Counted from the stretch's first letter, positions 9,718 to 23,786 are shown. The stretch is DNA of 64,000 bases from Alphaproteobacteria bacterium (GCA_964291215.2 OZ219791.1:3360001-3424000); one strand, 5' to 3'. The notes: generated by a model not told the origin, from the sequence alone. Made by a program: numbers and translations.

Positions 9718-10578
9718 GTGGCGATTCCGGCACAGCATCCGGAGCCAGCGGATGCCGCCGAACGGCGGGCCGCAGCCCCGGTGACGGTGTACACCATGGA
9801 CCGGCTTCCGGCCTATCAGGGGGATTTTTACGAGAATCTCCGAAAGAAAATGGTGCTCGTCGAAAAACGGAACGTGCCGCCCCGGGATGCGGTGGCTCTC
9901 GAGATCCCCGCCGGGCACTTCTTCCGCATCGTCAGCGTCGAGGGTCCGCAGGTCGGCGACCTGAACCTGTGGAACGCCGCCGACCTTTCGGAGCGGTTCT
10001 ACAGCGGCAAGACCCGGGCCCTTCACGCCACCCATGTAAGCACCGGCGACAGGCTCTGGAGCTGTTTTCCGAGGTTGCGGCCGATGGCGACCATTACCCG
10101 CGACACCCTGGACTGGTACGGTTTCGACGAATCCGGCGCTGGCGTTCACGACGTGATCGGAACCCGGTGCGACCCCTACACGAACTTCCTGTTGACGGGT
10201 GCGGAGTATCACCATTGCTGTCATTCGACTCTCGCGCGCGCCCTGGCGGCGGCTCGGGGCCTTCCGCTGGTCGAGGCCGAGCGACATGTGCACGATGTCG
10301 TCAACATCTTCACGTGCACGGGCTACACCCGCGACACGCATCAGTATTTCATGAAGGCGAGTCCCGTCCGCCCGGGCGATTTCATCGAGTTCTTTGCGGA
10401 AATCGACCTGCTGGCCGCGTTGTCGACCTGTCCGGGCGGGGACTGCGGCGCCGGCCATTCGAGCGACAGCGCGGCCTGCTATCCACTGCAGGTCTTGGTC
10501 TTCCGGCCGCAGGCGGGGAAGCTTGAGGGCTGGACGCCTTGGGCGCCCAACGGATTTGGTGCCAGCGACGGGGAATGA
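9718..10578 (+). CDS. DUF1989 / urea carboxylase-associated family protein
   Basis: VPPRDAVALEIPAGHFFRIVSVEGPQVGDLNLWN, HDVIGTRCDPY, LSTCPGGD; GTG after aggagga. Confidence 0.85.
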   Translation: MAIPAQHPEPADAAERRAAAPVTVYTMDRLPAYQGDFYENLRKKMVLVEKRNVPPRDAVALEIPAGHFFRIVSVEGPQVGDLNLWNAADLSERFYSGKTRALHATHVSTGDRLWSCFPRLRPMATITRDTLDWYGFDESGAGVHDVIGTRCDPYTNFLLTGAEYHHCCHSTLARALAAARGLPLVEAERHVHDVVNIFTCTGYTRDTHQYFMKASPVRPGDFIEFFAEIDLLAALSTCPGGDCGAGHSSDSAACYPLQVLVFRPQAGKLEGWTPWAPNGFGASDGE

Positions 10579-10732
10579 GCGAAGAGGCGTGGCGGCCGCG
10601 GCTCGACGGTGCTCCGTCGCGGCCGGATGAACCGGGGCCGAACGTTCGCCTGAAGAGGATCGGGCCCGGCGATACTTGCTCAAACGGCAGGCGTCGGGCA
10701 TACCTACAGGTGCGGGCGAGCGAGGGCTGTGG

Positions 10733-11647
10733 ATGGAGTATTTTGTCCAGCAACTGATCAACGGCGTTACCCTCGGGGCGATCTACGGCCTGATAGCGAT
10801 TGGTTACACGATGGTCTACGGGATCATCGGCATGATCAATTTCGCGCATGGCGATGTCTTCATGATCGGCGCATTCATCGCCCTGATCTCGTTTCTCGTG
10901 CTCGGCGTCATCGGGCTGACATGGGTTCCGCTGGCGCTGCTCATCGTCCTGATCGTGGCCATGCTGATCACTGCGGTCTACGGCTGGACCGTGGAGCGCG
11001 TCGCCTACCGCCCGTTGCGCGGATCGTTCCGTCTCGCGCCGCTGATCTCGGCCATTGGCATGTCGATCTTTCTTCAGAACTATGTTCAGCTTTTGCAGGG
11101 CGCCCGGGTGAGGCCGATGCAGCCGGTCATCCAGGGCGGCTTCACCGTCATGGAACGCGACGGGTTCGGCGTGTCGCTGAGCTATCTTCAGATTCTCATC
11201 GTCGTCGTTACGGTGATCCTCATGGCTGCCTTTTCGTTGCTGATCGCCCGCACGGCTCTCGGCCGCGCCCAGCGCGCCTGCGAACAGGATCGAGGCATGG
11301 CGTCGTTGCTCGGAATCAATGTCGACCGCACGATTTCGCTGACGTTCGTGCTGGGTGCGATGCTGGCCGCGGTCGCGGGCCTGATGTTTGTGGTCTATTA
11401 CGGTGTGATCGACTTCTTCATTGGTTTCCTTGCCGGCATCAAGGCGTTCACGGCGGCTGTGCTCGGCGGCATCGGTTCGCTGCCCGGAGCGATGCTGGGC
11501 GGCCTGCTGATCGGGTTGATAGAGACCTTCTGGTCAGCCTATTTCACCATAGAATACAAGGACGTGGCGGCGTTTTCTATCCTTGTTTTGGTGCTGATCT
11601 TCCGGCCGACCGGCCTGCTCGGCAAACCCGATGTCGAGAAGGTGTGA
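10733..11647 (+). CDS. livH: Branched-chain amino acid ABC permease
   Basis: [36 protein letters not shown]. Confidence 0.93.
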   Translation: MEYFVQQLINGVTLGAIYGLIAIGYTMVYGIIGMINFAHGDVFMIGAFIALISFLVLGVIGLTWVPLALLIVLIVAMLITAVYGWTVERVAYRPLRGSFRLAPLISAIGMSIFLQNYVQLLQGARVRPMQPVIQGGFTVMERDGFGVSLSYLQILIVVVTVILMAAFSLLIARTALGRAQRACEQDRGMASLLGINVDRTISLTFVLGAMLAAVAGLMFVVYYGVIDFFIGFLAGIKAFTAAVLGGIGSLPGAMLGGLLIGLIETFWSAYFTIEYKDVAAFSILVLVLIFRPTGLLGKPDVEKV

Positions 11648-11651
11648 CGGG

Positions 11652-12964
<1,313 letters not shown>

Positions 12965-12968
<4 letters not shown>

Positions 12969-13789
12969 ATGCCACCGCCACGGCGGCAGCCGATCCGCCA
13001 AGACTGCTTGCGGTCGAACACCTGACGATGCGTTTCGGCGGACTGCTCGCGGTCGATGACGTATCTTTCGATGCCGCTGACGGAGAGATCACGGCAATAA
13101 TCGGACCGAACGGCGCGGGCAAGACGACGGTGTTCAATTGCCTGACCGGTTTCTATCGGCCGACCCAAGGCATGCTGACCCTCGAGACCGGGGGACAGAC
13201 GTTCCTGCTGGAGCGGATGGAGGGCTTCCGGATCGCGCAGCAGGCCCGGGTCGCCCGCACGTTTCAGAATATCCGCCTGTTTTCGGCCATGTCGGTGCTC
13301 GAGAATCTCGTGGTGGCGCAGCACAACGAACTGATGCGCGCATCCGGCTACACGGTGGCCGGTCTCTTCGGATTTCCGGGATACCGGCGTGCAGAACGCG
13401 TGGCGGTCGAACATGCCCGCTACTGGCTGGAAAAGGTCGGCCTCGTCGCGCATGCTGACATCGATGCCCGTGCACTGCCCTACGGCGACCAGCGCCGCCT
13501 CGAGATCGCCCGTGCAATGTGCGCCCGGCCGGTCCTGCTGTGTCTCGACGAGCCGGCGGCGGGACTGAATCCGCGCGAATCCGAACTGCTCAACAAACTC
13601 CTGCTGCAAATCCGGGCGGAGCAGAAGATCGGCATCCTGCTGATCGAGCACGACATGAGCGTCGTGATGGAAATCTCTGACCATATTGTTGTTCTCGATT
13701 ATGGACGGAAGATTTCCGACGGCACGCCCGCTGCGGTGAGGAGTGATCCCGCCGTCATTCGCGCCTATCTCGGGGCCGAGGAGGCCTGA
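12965..13789 (+). CDS. livG: Branched-chain amino acid ABC ATPase
   Basis: [32 protein letters not shown]. Confidence 0.93.
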
Positions 13790-14505
13790 TGCTGTGCGTC
13801 TCCGGAGTTCACACGTTCTACGGCAACATCGAGGCGCTGCGGGGTGTCGATCTGGATGTTGCGGAAGGTGAGATCGTGACCCTGATCGGGGCCAACGGCG
13901 CGGGCAAGACGACGTTGCTGATGACGATCTGCGGCGCACCATCGGCATCGCGGGGATCGATCCGCTTCGAGGACCGCGAGCTGGTCGGCATGCCGACCCA
14001 TGAGATCGTCCGTCTCGGGATCGCCCAGTCGCCGGAGGGGCGGCGGATATTTCCGCACATGACGGTAATGGAAAACCTGCAGATGGGCGGAATAGGTACG
14101 GAAAAAGAGAACTTCTCTGAGGATATTGACAGGGTCGCCGGACTATTTCCCGTGCTTGCCGAGCGTTCGAATCAGCGTGGCGGAACCCTGTCGGGCGGGG
14201 AGCAGCAGATGCTGGCGATCGCCCGTGCGCTGATGAGCCGGCCGCGCCTGCTTCTGCTTGACGAACCGTCCCTCGGTCTTGCGCCCCTCATCGTTAGGCA
14301 GATCTTCGACGTCATTCGCGAGATCAACGAGCGGGACGGTATGACCGTCCTCCTGGTGGAGCAGAATGCGCACCATGCGCTGAGGCTCGCGCATCGCGGC
14401 TACGTGATGGTGAATGGCCGCATCACGCTGTCGGGCCGCGGCGAGGACCTGCTGGTGCGCCCGGAAGTTCGCGCCGCTTATCTCGAAGGAGCCGTGGCAC
14501 CATGA
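13789..14505 (+). CDS. livF: Branched-chain amino acid ABC ATPase
   Basis: GANGAGKTT, SPEGRRIF, LSGGEQQMLAIARALM. Confidence 0.93.
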   Translation: MLCVSGVHTFYGNIEALRGVDLDVAEGEIVTLIGANGAGKTTLLMTICGAPSASRGSIRFEDRELVGMPTHEIVRLGIAQSPEGRRIFPHMTVMENLQMGGIGTEKENFSEDIDRVAGLFPVLAERSNQRGGTLSGGEQQMLAIARALMSRPRLLLLDEPSLGLAPLIVRQIFDVIREINERDGMTVLLVEQNAHHALRLAHRGYVMVNGRITLSGRGEDLLVRPEVRAAYLEGAVAP

Positions 14506-14873
14506 TTCCCTATCTCGACGCGCCGCTGATCGGGTTTCTCAGCGTCACCGTCTTTCTCGGCTGCGGGGCATCCTGGATGATGGGCCAGGCCGTGGCCGCG
14601 ACATGGCGCCCGCTCTGGCAACTGGTCCTGTATGCCGCGATGCTCGGCCTCGTGGACCGGTTCATGAACTACGGGCTGTTCCAGGGCGAGCTTCTCTCCG
14701 CCAGCGGCTACCTACTTGATACGGGCCTGATCCTGATCGCGGCCCTGATCGCCTACCGCATAACTCGTGCGCGCATCATGGTACGGCAATATCCCTGGCT
14801 CTATGCCAGATCCGGTCTCTTCGGCTGGTGTGAGGTCGGGAAGGTGCCGGAAGATCCTGATTCCGGATCGTAA
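14502..14873 (+). CDS. Small membrane protein of alphaproteobacterial liv operons (DUF6867-like)
   Basis: GQAVAATWRP..RFMNYGLFQGELLS..MVRQYPWLY; translationally coupled to livF. Confidence 0.75.
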   Translation: MIPYLDAPLIGFLSVTVFLGCGASWMMGQAVAATWRPLWQLVLYAAMLGLVDRFMNYGLFQGELLSASGYLLDTGLILIAALIAYRITRARIMVRQYPWLYARSGLFGWCEVGKVPEDPDSGS

Positions 14874-14987
14874 TGGCTGCGCCGACGTCCGACCGGGAAT
14901 TACGGAAAGCGGCGACGGTCCCGAGAGGCCGCAAGGGCTGCTGCGGCTTGCGGCCAGGGCGGCGGGAAAATCGCCGGAGCGTGGATT

Positions 14988-15179
14988 CACGGTGATCCCA
15001 CGCTGCCAATACAGCGACGACTGGCGAGATTATTACAGTTTGCGTCGCGCTGCAATCGTGCCGCCAAGGCTCGATGGAGCCCTCTCGGCGCGAAAATTGC
15101 GATCGAGGAGGCGACCTGTGATGACGAGAGCCCAACGCATTCGGATTTCGCGTCTCCGAATTAGCATAGGATCGCCGTG
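14988..15179 (+). mobile_element. MITE copy 3, within the liv operon
   Basis: Homologous to copy 1 with both TIRs; target duplication only partial. Confidence 0.88.
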
Positions 15180-15300
15180 GATTGGGCCTCGGTTGCTCGG
15201 GAAAGAAAAGCGAACTAGAGTTGGCCTCTGAAACCGCTGGATCTGGTGACGCGTGGCACGGGTGCGGCACGTTCTCCCGGCTCAAACGGAAGGAACCGTC

Positions 15301-16407
<1,107 letters not shown>

Positions 16408-16431
16408 TCGTTCCGGTGTGATTGCTGATGG

Positions 16432-16466
16432 AGCGGCCCGCCGCTATGCGGCGGGCCGCTTTCGTT
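16432..16466 (+). terminator. Rho-independent terminator
   Basis: agcggcccgccgc-tat-gcggcgggccgct 13-bp stem followed by ttcgtt, just after the livK stop. Confidence 0.8.
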
Positions 16467-16835
16467 GTGTGCCGAGCGCATGACCGACAGCTTGGAACGG
16501 GCGCCGGTCGGCCGCGTCGCGGACCCAAGTGGTGAGCGAACGCCGCATTCGGGGCAGCTACCGGACTGCTAGCCCCGCGTCTCTCATTGAACAGCATTTG
16601 TCTTATGTCTTCGTGCGTCCAACGCTCAGATGCGACGAACCGGTCTACGAAGGGCAGAGCAACGGGCGGGCCAAGCCTGCCAAGGCGTACGGGCCCGTTG
16701 TCGATGAGGTGGTTGCCGTCGTCGAACTCGCGCGGCCATACGCTGCGGGAGTCCTGCCGAGAGGTCGCATTTCTTGGCCAACGGCTAGCCTGTCATGGAA
16801 GAGAAGCCGACCGCCGCGCCAGCGACGGGGCAGTC

Positions 16836-17058
16836 ATGAACGACGAACTGATAGACAGGAATCCAGACATTCTGGGTGGCACGCTGGTGTTCGCCCGCAC
16901 GAGGGTTCCGGTGCGCATACTCATCGAGTATCTGGAAGCGGGTGATCGGCTCGACGACTTCCTTGAGGACTTGCTTCGGGTCCCGGGATCAAGCCGTCTC
17001 GGTGCTGGAAAAAGCGAGGCTGATTCTCGCCGGCGAGCAGGATGAGGCTGCTGCTTGA
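16836..17058 (+). pseudogene. DUF433 antitoxin, frameshifted
   Basis: IDRNPDILGGTLVFARTRVPVRILIEYLEAGDRLDDFLED, then SRDQAVSVLE in another frame. Confidence 0.8.
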
Positions 17059-17370
17059 CGAGTCCGTACCCCGGGCTCTACGGATGTCCCTTCCTGCCGC
17101 CTGCAAGGTTCGAACCGTCCCTCAGATGGGATGGGCGGCACCGGAAACGGCACCCTTCTCGGTCTCGGTACGGATAGCGGATTCGATGCGCTGCTCACCG
17201 CAGACCGTGGATTCGCGCGTCCGCAGAGCTTGGACAAGCTGCCGCTTCCGATCGTCATCTTGCTTGCTGAAAGCAACCGGCCGGATGATCTGCGACCGCT
17301 TGTCCCCAAGGTGACATGCGTCCTGTCCGGCATGCTGCAAAGGCGCGTCTATCACGTCTCGACCGAGACT
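17042..17370 (+). pseudogene. DUF5615 PIN toxin, frameshifted
   Basis: MRLLLDESVPRAL..VRTVPQMGW, then GTGNGTLL..FDALLTADRG..IVILLAESNR in another frame. Confidence 0.8.
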
Positions 17371-17399
17371 CTGATGGCGGATTGTGCGCCGCCTGCCAG

Positions 17400-18492
17400 C
17401 CCGCGGACCGTGCGGCCGCGCCTCTGCAGCCCACCGGCGAATATAGAGAGGCTCGCCGAACTGGTTGCGCAAGCCGCGAACCCGATGGTGCTCACTGAAG
17501 CCGCGGGGCGCGAGACCGAAACCTGCGAGGCGTTGGTCGCCTTGGCCGAACGCGCGACGCTGCCCGTAGTCGAACGTTCAACGATGTTGTTCCCCTATTT
17601 TCCGAAGAATCACCCGCTGCATCAGGGTCCGGATCTCGACGCGTTGGGGAACGACGCCGATCTCGTGATCCTGATGCGCACCAGGGTGCCATGGTATCCG
17701 CCGAGCGCCGCTCCGCCCGGGGCAGTGATCGTTGTCTTCGACGAAAAGCCGCATCGGGATTCGATGGTCTATCAGAGCCTCCAGACGGACATATATCCCG
17801 AGGACAATGTCGCGCAGACGCTGTGCGATCTTGCCGATGCTCTCGACCGGGTCGGCCTCGACGACGCGGCGGTCGCGTATCGTCGGTCGCGCCTTGCGCG
17901 GATCCACGCGGACCATGGGGCGGCCCGGATCTAGGCAGCCACCAGTAAGGAGCCGATCCGCCAGGTCGGGCTCGGGGGCAGGGTATCGGGTTGTCGCTCG
18001 GGATCCGGCTCGCGAGGCCGGACGTGCCTGTTGTGACGCTGATCGGCGACGGCGCCTTCCTTATATAACCCCGTTCTCCAGAGTCTCGGCGCGGAGCGGG
18101 ACTACGGGCTCCCGACGATTTCCGTGATCTTCAACAACCGCAGGTACGCATTGATGCAGAATATGCATCGGAAACTCTATCCGGACGGCCCAGCCGTCGG
18201 CGCCGACACCTATTACGGCACCCACATCAATGCACCGGATTTCGTCAAAATTGCCGAGGCGTTCGGTGCCCATGGCGAACAGGTCGGCGATCCCGCCATG
18301 CTTGACGACGCGATCAGGCGCGGCTTGGAAGCTGCCAATGGAGGCCGGTCGGCCATCTTCGACGTCTGGTTTCCTAGAATGTCTCAAATCCCGCCCGGAA
18401 CCCGCCAGGCAGACGGCGCACAACCGATGGTCTATCCAGTGATCAGGCGCTATGCTCGGAGTCTCCGTGTGGATGTGCATGGTCTTCCGTGA
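17400..18492 (+). pseudogene. Thiamine-pyrophosphate-binding enzyme remnant
   Basis: AANPMVLTEAAGR..FPKNHPLHQG; TAG at 17932; LIGDGAFLY..IFNNRRY TPP motif; N-terminus and internal parts missing. Confidence 0.75.
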
Positions 18493-18542
18493 ATACAGCC
18501 ATGCGAATCGAAACCGTTTCAGAACCAGTTCCGGAGGAAGGG

Positions 18543-19319
18543 ATGCCGCGCCGCCTGATTGACATTTCCGTTCCCCTCGAGGTCGGTATCCGGTCCGATC
18601 CCGACTTCATGCTGCCGAAGATTGTCTACCACGCGCATGATGAAACGGCGAAGGATATCTGCGCCCTATTTCCGGGCCTCGAACCCGAACAGCTTCCCGA
18701 CGGCAAGGGGTGGGCTATCGAGGACATTGAGCTCACGACACATAACGGCACCCATGTCGACGCGCCGTGGCACTATCATCCGACGATGGATGGCGGCGAC
18801 CGTGCGATTACCATCGATGAGATTCCGCTCGAATGGTGCTACCAGCCCGGCGTCAAGTTCGATTTCCGGCATTTCGATGACGGCTACCTAGTGACGCCCG
18901 CCGACATGGAAAGGGAGCTTGGGCGCATCGGCCACGATCTGCAGCCGCTCAATATCGTCATCGTAAACACGTCTGCCGGGGAGCGTTACGGGAAGGACGA
19001 TTACCTCGAGAAAGGGTGCGGATTTGGCCGTGAAGCGACGCTGTGGCTGACCGAACGCGGCGTGCGGGTCGTCGGCACTGATGCGTGGACTTGGGACGCT
19101 CCGTTTCCGCAGACGCACGAAAGATGGAAGGAAACGCGCGATCCCTCGATCATCTGGGAGGGCCACAAGGCCGGTCGCGACCGGGGGTATTGCCAGATCG
19201 AGAAAATGGGCAATCTCGACAGGTTGCCGCCGACCGGTTTCGATGTAATCTGTTTTCCGACCAAGATCAAGGGCGCGTCGGGAGGCTGGACCCGCGCCGT
19301 TGCCGTGGTAGAGGAATAG
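18543..19319 (+). CDS. Cyclase family (kynurenine formamidase-like) hydrolase
   Basis: HNGTHVDAPWHY, VGTDAWTWD, QIEKMGNL, FPTKIKGASGGWTRAVA. Confidence 0.9.
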   Translation: MPRRLIDISVPLEVGIRSDPDFMLPKIVYHAHDETAKDICALFPGLEPEQLPDGKGWAIEDIELTTHNGTHVDAPWHYHPTMDGGDRAITIDEIPLEWCYQPGVKFDFRHFDDGYLVTPADMERELGRIGHDLQPLNIVIVNTSAGERYGKDDYLEKGCGFGREATLWLTERGVRVVGTDAWTWDAPFPQTHERWKETRDPSIIWEGHKAGRDRGYCQIEKMGNLDRLPPTGFDVICFPTKIKGASGGWTRAVAVVEE

Positions 19320-19449
19320 CGCACGGCAGGCGCTGCGGTTGTTTCAAGTTCGCCCGCGGTGTCGCGGGTGCACCCGATATATTGGTTGCGGATCTGGCTG
19401 GCGATGACAACCTGTATTCTGGCATAGTGCCGGGTTTCGGGAGGCGGAG

Positions 19450-20220
19450 ATGAGCGCATTGTTGGCGGAGCATCGGGCGGCGGTTACGGGAGGCGGTTCC
19501 GGAATCGGCCGCGCGATCGCGATGGGATATGCGGAAGAGGGTGCAGAAGTGACCATTCTCGACGCGAATCCCGAGGCGGCAACACGGGTCTGTGACGAGA
19601 TCGCGGCAGCCGGTGGCCAGGCGCGCTCGTTCGAACTTGATGTACGCGACCGCAACGCATGCGTCGCCATCGCCGGGAAGATTGCCAGCGAGTTCGGTGA
19701 TATTACCGTCCTGGTGAACAATGCCGGAATCAACCGGCGTACCCCGTTTGCCGGCGATGAAGACGCGGTTCGGAAAGACTGGGATGACATCATCTCGGTC
19801 AACCTGGACGGTATGTTTAATGTCACGCATGCTTTCGTTGACCAGCTTCGGGCGACTGGGGGACGCGTGGTTAACATCGCTTCGGTCCAGTCCTTCGTCC
19901 ACATGCGCACCCCCAACTCGCTCGCCTACACGACATCCAAACACGGCGTGCTGGGATTCACACGGGCCCTAGCCGCAGAACTGGGCAGGGACGGGGTGCG
20001 GGTGAATGCGATCGGGCCGGGGCTGGTGGAAACGCCGCTGAACGCGGAAGCGCGGGCCAGGAATCCCGATCTGGTGAGGATGATCCTTGAACACACCCCC
20101 CTGCGGCGCACCGGCCAGCCCGAGGACATCGTCGGGCCAGCGGTCTTCCTTGCTTCGGATCTGTCGCGATACGTCACCGGCGACATCATCATGGCTGACG
20201 GCGGCTACAAGACGATCTGA
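19450..20220 (+). CDS. SDR family oxidoreductase
   Basis: TGGGSGIG, NNAG, YTTSKHG. Confidence 0.92.
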   Translation: MSALLAEHRAAVTGGGSGIGRAIAMGYAEEGAEVTILDANPEAATRVCDEIAAAGGQARSFELDVRDRNACVAIAGKIASEFGDITVLVNNAGINRRTPFAGDEDAVRKDWDDIISVNLDGMFNVTHAFVDQLRATGGRVVNIASVQSFVHMRTPNSLAYTTSKHGVLGFTRALAAELGRDGVRVNAIGPGLVETPLNAEARARNPDLVRMILEHTPLRRTGQPEDIVGPAVFLASDLSRYVTGDIIMADGGYKTI

Positions 20221-20232
20221 GAACTTGCCGAG

Positions 20233-21207
20233 ATGACGTCCTGCAGGCTGAGCATTGCGCTGGAGCGCTACGACAGGCACGTTCCGTTCTTCATGGGTCT
20301 GGTTGCGACGCCACCGGACATCGAGCTGGAGGCGCTAGAGGTCGGCATGGTGCCGCCCCGGCGTGACGGTGTTGATCGCCATCGACGCATGCTGGCCGAC
20401 TGCGAGTTCGATATCGCCGAGGTCTCCCTGGCTTCCTACATCATGGCGCGGCGCCGAGGTGTTCCGCTGACAGCGGTTCCGTGCTTTCCGAGACGCCTGT
20501 TCAGCCAGAACCACATCTTCGTCAACGCGGACTCGGGCATCGCGAGGCCAACCGACCTGATCGGCCGCAGGGTCGCCATATGGGCCTTTCAGGTGACCAT
20601 GTCGGTGCTTGCCAAGGGCGACCTCCAGACGGAGTACGGGGTGCCGTGGCGCGAGGTGACGTGGCTAACCGAGCGGGACGAGGAAGTTGCTTGGACCGGG
20701 ACTGGCGGCAACATCGAGCGGATACTGGCGGGCCAGAACGGCGTCGAGATGGTGCTGACAGGCGCGGCGGATGCCTACATCAATCCGCATCCGCCGGAAG
20801 AAATCTTCGCCGATGGCCGGGTGAGGCGGCTGTTTGCCGACCCGAAGGGAGAATGCCTGCGCTACTGGCGGAAGCACGGCTACTATCCGATCATGCACTT
20901 GCTGGCGATCAGGGAGGGGACTGTTGCGGATTGCCCGGATCTGCCGCGGCAGCTGGTCGAGATGTGGGACAATGCGCGCGAGCAGGCGTGCGAGTTCTAT
21001 GTCGACCATGATTACACAGTGCTGCCCTTCGGAAGATACGCCTTCGAGAGTGACCGGAATGCATTCGAGGGCGAGTTGTGGCGGTCCGGGCTGGCCGCGA
21101 ACCGCGACAATCTCGACAGGTTCATCGGCTACATGGTCGACCAAGAGCTACTTGACGCACCGATCTCCCCGGAGTCGCTATTTCACGAGAGCGTCCTTGA
21201 CACGTAG
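20233..21207 (+). CDS. 4,5-dihydroxyphthalate decarboxylase-like / PBP2-fold protein
   Basis: YDRHVPF, EFDIAEVSLASY, FPRRLFSQNHIFVN, GYYPIMHL; no signal peptide. Confidence 0.75.
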   Translation: MTSCRLSIALERYDRHVPFFMGLVATPPDIELEALEVGMVPPRRDGVDRHRRMLADCEFDIAEVSLASYIMARRRGVPLTAVPCFPRRLFSQNHIFVNADSGIARPTDLIGRRVAIWAFQVTMSVLAKGDLQTEYGVPWREVTWLTERDEEVAWTGTGGNIERILAGQNGVEMVLTGAADAYINPHPPEEIFADGRVRRLFADPKGECLRYWRKHGYYPIMHLLAIREGTVADCPDLPRQLVEMWDNAREQACEFYVDHDYTVLPFGRYAFESDRNAFEGELWRSGLAANRDNLDRFIGYMVDQELLDAPISPESLFHESVLDT

Positions 21208-21472
21208 CGCCGGGAGCGCCTGCGTCGTTGCTGGATCCCGGGCGCTCAGGCTGCGGCGCTGCCTGTCCGTTGCCGGTTCCGGAGCAGGACATGCAGTGAG
21301 GGGCTTCGAACGGCAAACGGGACGGCGCAATTTCCTTGAGCCGGGGCTGCGGAGTCCGGCCGCTTGACTGGGGCCTTGCGCCGTTCATATTGCTGCCGTC
21401 GCTGGGAATTGTCGGCGCACGCCGCCCGATCCCGGATCGAAGAGACGGTAGGAGACAGGAAGGAAACCGACA

Positions 21473-22411
21473 ATGGCCAAGGACGGAAAAGTCATCATCA
21501 CCTGTGCGGTCACGGGATCGATCCATACGCCGACCATGTCGCCGCACCTGCCGATCACGCCGGATGAAATCGCGACAGACGCCGTCGCCGCGGCCGAGGC
21601 CGGGGCCTCGATCTTGCATCTTCACGCCAGGGATCCAAATGACGGTCGGCCGACGCCGGATCCGGCAGTGTTTATGGAATTCCTGCCGCGCATCAAGCAG
21701 CAGACGGATGCCGTGGTCAATATCACCACCGGCGGCGGTCACGGAATGACCCTCGAAGAACGTTGCGCGGCGGCCCTGCATGCCAGCCCCGAGATGACGT
21801 CGCTCAATATGGGCTCGATGAATTTCGGGCTGTTTCCCATCCTTGAAAAGAACATGGCTTGGAAGCATGACTGGGAGCCCGCCTATCTGGAGATGACACG
21901 GGATTTCATATTTAGAAATACTTTCAAAGATATAGAATGGGTTCTCAAAGAATTGGGAGAAAATCACGGGGTGCGCTTCGAGTATGAATGCTACGACATG
22001 GGCCACCTCTACAATCTGGCGCACTTCCTTGATCGCGGAATGATCCAGCCGCCTGTCTTTGTCCAGACTATCTTCGGCATTCTGGGTGGCATAGGCGCGG
22101 ACATCGAGAATCTCGCCCACATGCGGCGGATCGCCAACAAGCTGTTTGGCGAGGAAAACTACGAATGGTCGATCCTCGCCGCCGGCCGCCACCAGATGAA
22201 CTTTGTGACGACGGGTGCGATCATGGGCGGGAATATCCGCGTGGGGCTGGAGGACTCGCTCTATCTGGGCAAGGGACAACTGGCGGAGAGCAATGCCGAC
22301 CAGGTCTCCAAGATTCGCCGCATCATCGAGGACCTCTCGCTCGAAGTTGCGACCCCCACCGAGGCTCGCGAACGCCTGCGGCTGAAGGGCGGTGACCTCG
22401 TCAAGTTCTGA
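21473..22411 (+). CDS. 3-keto-5-aminohexanoate cleavage enzyme family (BKACE/DUF849)
   Basis: IITCAVTGSIHTPTMSP, ILHLHARDP, SLNMGSMNF, RVGLEDSL. Confidence 0.92.
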   Translation: MAKDGKVIITCAVTGSIHTPTMSPHLPITPDEIATDAVAAAEAGASILHLHARDPNDGRPTPDPAVFMEFLPRIKQQTDAVVNITTGGGHGMTLEERCAAALHASPEMTSLNMGSMNFGLFPILEKNMAWKHDWEPAYLEMTRDFIFRNTFKDIEWVLKELGENHGVRFEYECYDMGHLYNLAHFLDRGMIQPPVFVQTIFGILGGIGADIENLAHMRRIANKLFGEENYEWSILAAGRHQMNFVTTGAIMGGNIRVGLEDSLYLGKGQLAESNADQVSKIRRIIEDLSLEVATPTEARERLRLKGGDLVKF

Positions 22412-22826
22412 CCGGGAAAGCCAGCGAGGGGCTGTTCGGCTTGCCATTGACAGAGAGCGGACAGCCTGCAGACTATGAGGACGCCCGTTGCAGGTTCTCC
22501 CCGGATTTCGCAGTGGGCGGCACCGGCATCCTCGCTGATCTGAAACGGTGTTTCCGGTTTCCCATGTCGGTCTTTGCGTTGTTCCGTGCGCGAGGATGCC
22601 GAGCCGGTTCCACGGGAGAGTAAGCTGCAACTATCTGGCGGATGCACGCGATTCCGGAAGCTGTTTTCCTGCAGTTCGAGCAGCGCGACCAGGAGCGTGT
22701 CCGCCCGGTTGCGATGGTTCGCCACGACCTTTCGATGTCCGGCCCCTCCTGTCGGGTTTGCGCTATGGTCCCGTCCTCCGGACGCGGGCAATTACGTCGG
22801 AAGGTGTCCGAATCCACCCGCCCGGA

Positions 22827-23130
22827 TCAGCTCTCGCGTATTGAGAAGGCGTGATTTTTGCGTGCGGCGTCGAGCCCTGTCTCCGTGCGGGCCTCGATGC
22901 GGTAGAGCGGCGTGTCCGGCTCGACCCGGGCCCCGCGGCGCACCAGCAGATCCAGTCCTGCGCTCTTATCCGAGGGAGCGCCAGCAGCGTGGGCGATGCC
23001 GGCGAGCCTGAAACAGTCGCTGGAGTCGACAACTCCATGGGTTTCCGCGGGAATCTCGCACACGTGGGACGCGTTCGGCACGTCTTCCGGCGGCGGCCCC
23101 TGCGCCGCTGCCATTTGTGCAAACGTTTCC
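22827..23130 (-). pseudogene. C-terminal part of a thymidine/AMP phosphorylase-family gene (detached from 34358-35790)
   Basis: AAAQG..GVVDSSDCFRLAGIAHAAGAPSDKSAGLDL..GARVEPDTPLYRI; joins the 34358 segment when the IS630 is removed. Confidence 0.85.
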
Positions 23131-23786
23131 TAGCAGGGTGACATTATTGGATTGAAGGGTATAGTGACTTCAGTTTCGTCCGAGCATCCTTCGTCGTGAA
23201 ACGCCAGTCGACGGTGACATCGGCCGCATTGCACCGTTCCACCCATGCTGCCGTCTCCCGCCGCATGGTGTCTCTGTCGGGAATGCGTCGCCGAAGGCAC
23301 TGCTGCGACAACGCACCGATCTCGGCCATGTTGAGCCAGCTTCCGTGCTTCGGCGTGTAGCGAAACTCGAACCGCTTTCGCACCCGCCTCCTCGGGCTCG
23401 AAGGCTTCATACAGCGACTGTGTGTGTTCAGATTGTCCAGCACGATCTTCCTGTCGGGGAAATGGTCGTCGGCAAGCTCCCGGATGAAGTGCGCCCGGTC
23501 CCGCGGCGGTCGGTGACTTTCACCATGCGCCAGTTCTCGTTGGGCGCGAAGGCCATGAAGAGGTTGGCCGTGCCGTTGCACTCATATTCATAGTCGGCCA
23601 CCTCCGGCTGACCGGGGGATGCGGGTTTCCTTCGTCTGCTACCGGCTGGTCTCGCACCAGCACCTCGTCCCCGGCAAAATCCCGCTGATAAATGTCAAGC
23701 ACGTCCGCCGCCACGAACTGTGCGCTCCGGTGCGGTGGAATGCAGCACCAGTACTGCTTCAGCCACGGCTTGGTCTCTTTTTTTAG
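23131..23786 (-). mobile_element. IS630 copy 1, 3' part
   Basis: VLDNLNTH, YTPKHGSWLNMAEI, WRFTTKDARTKLKSLYP; TA within CTAG at 23131; many deletions. Confidence 0.9.

Noticed and set aside
16529-16830. Unassigned stretches (also 22430-22820, 40330-40620, 41110-41600, 47050-47440, 50180-50660)
   Set aside because: No recognisable motif or structure; probably decayed gene fragments
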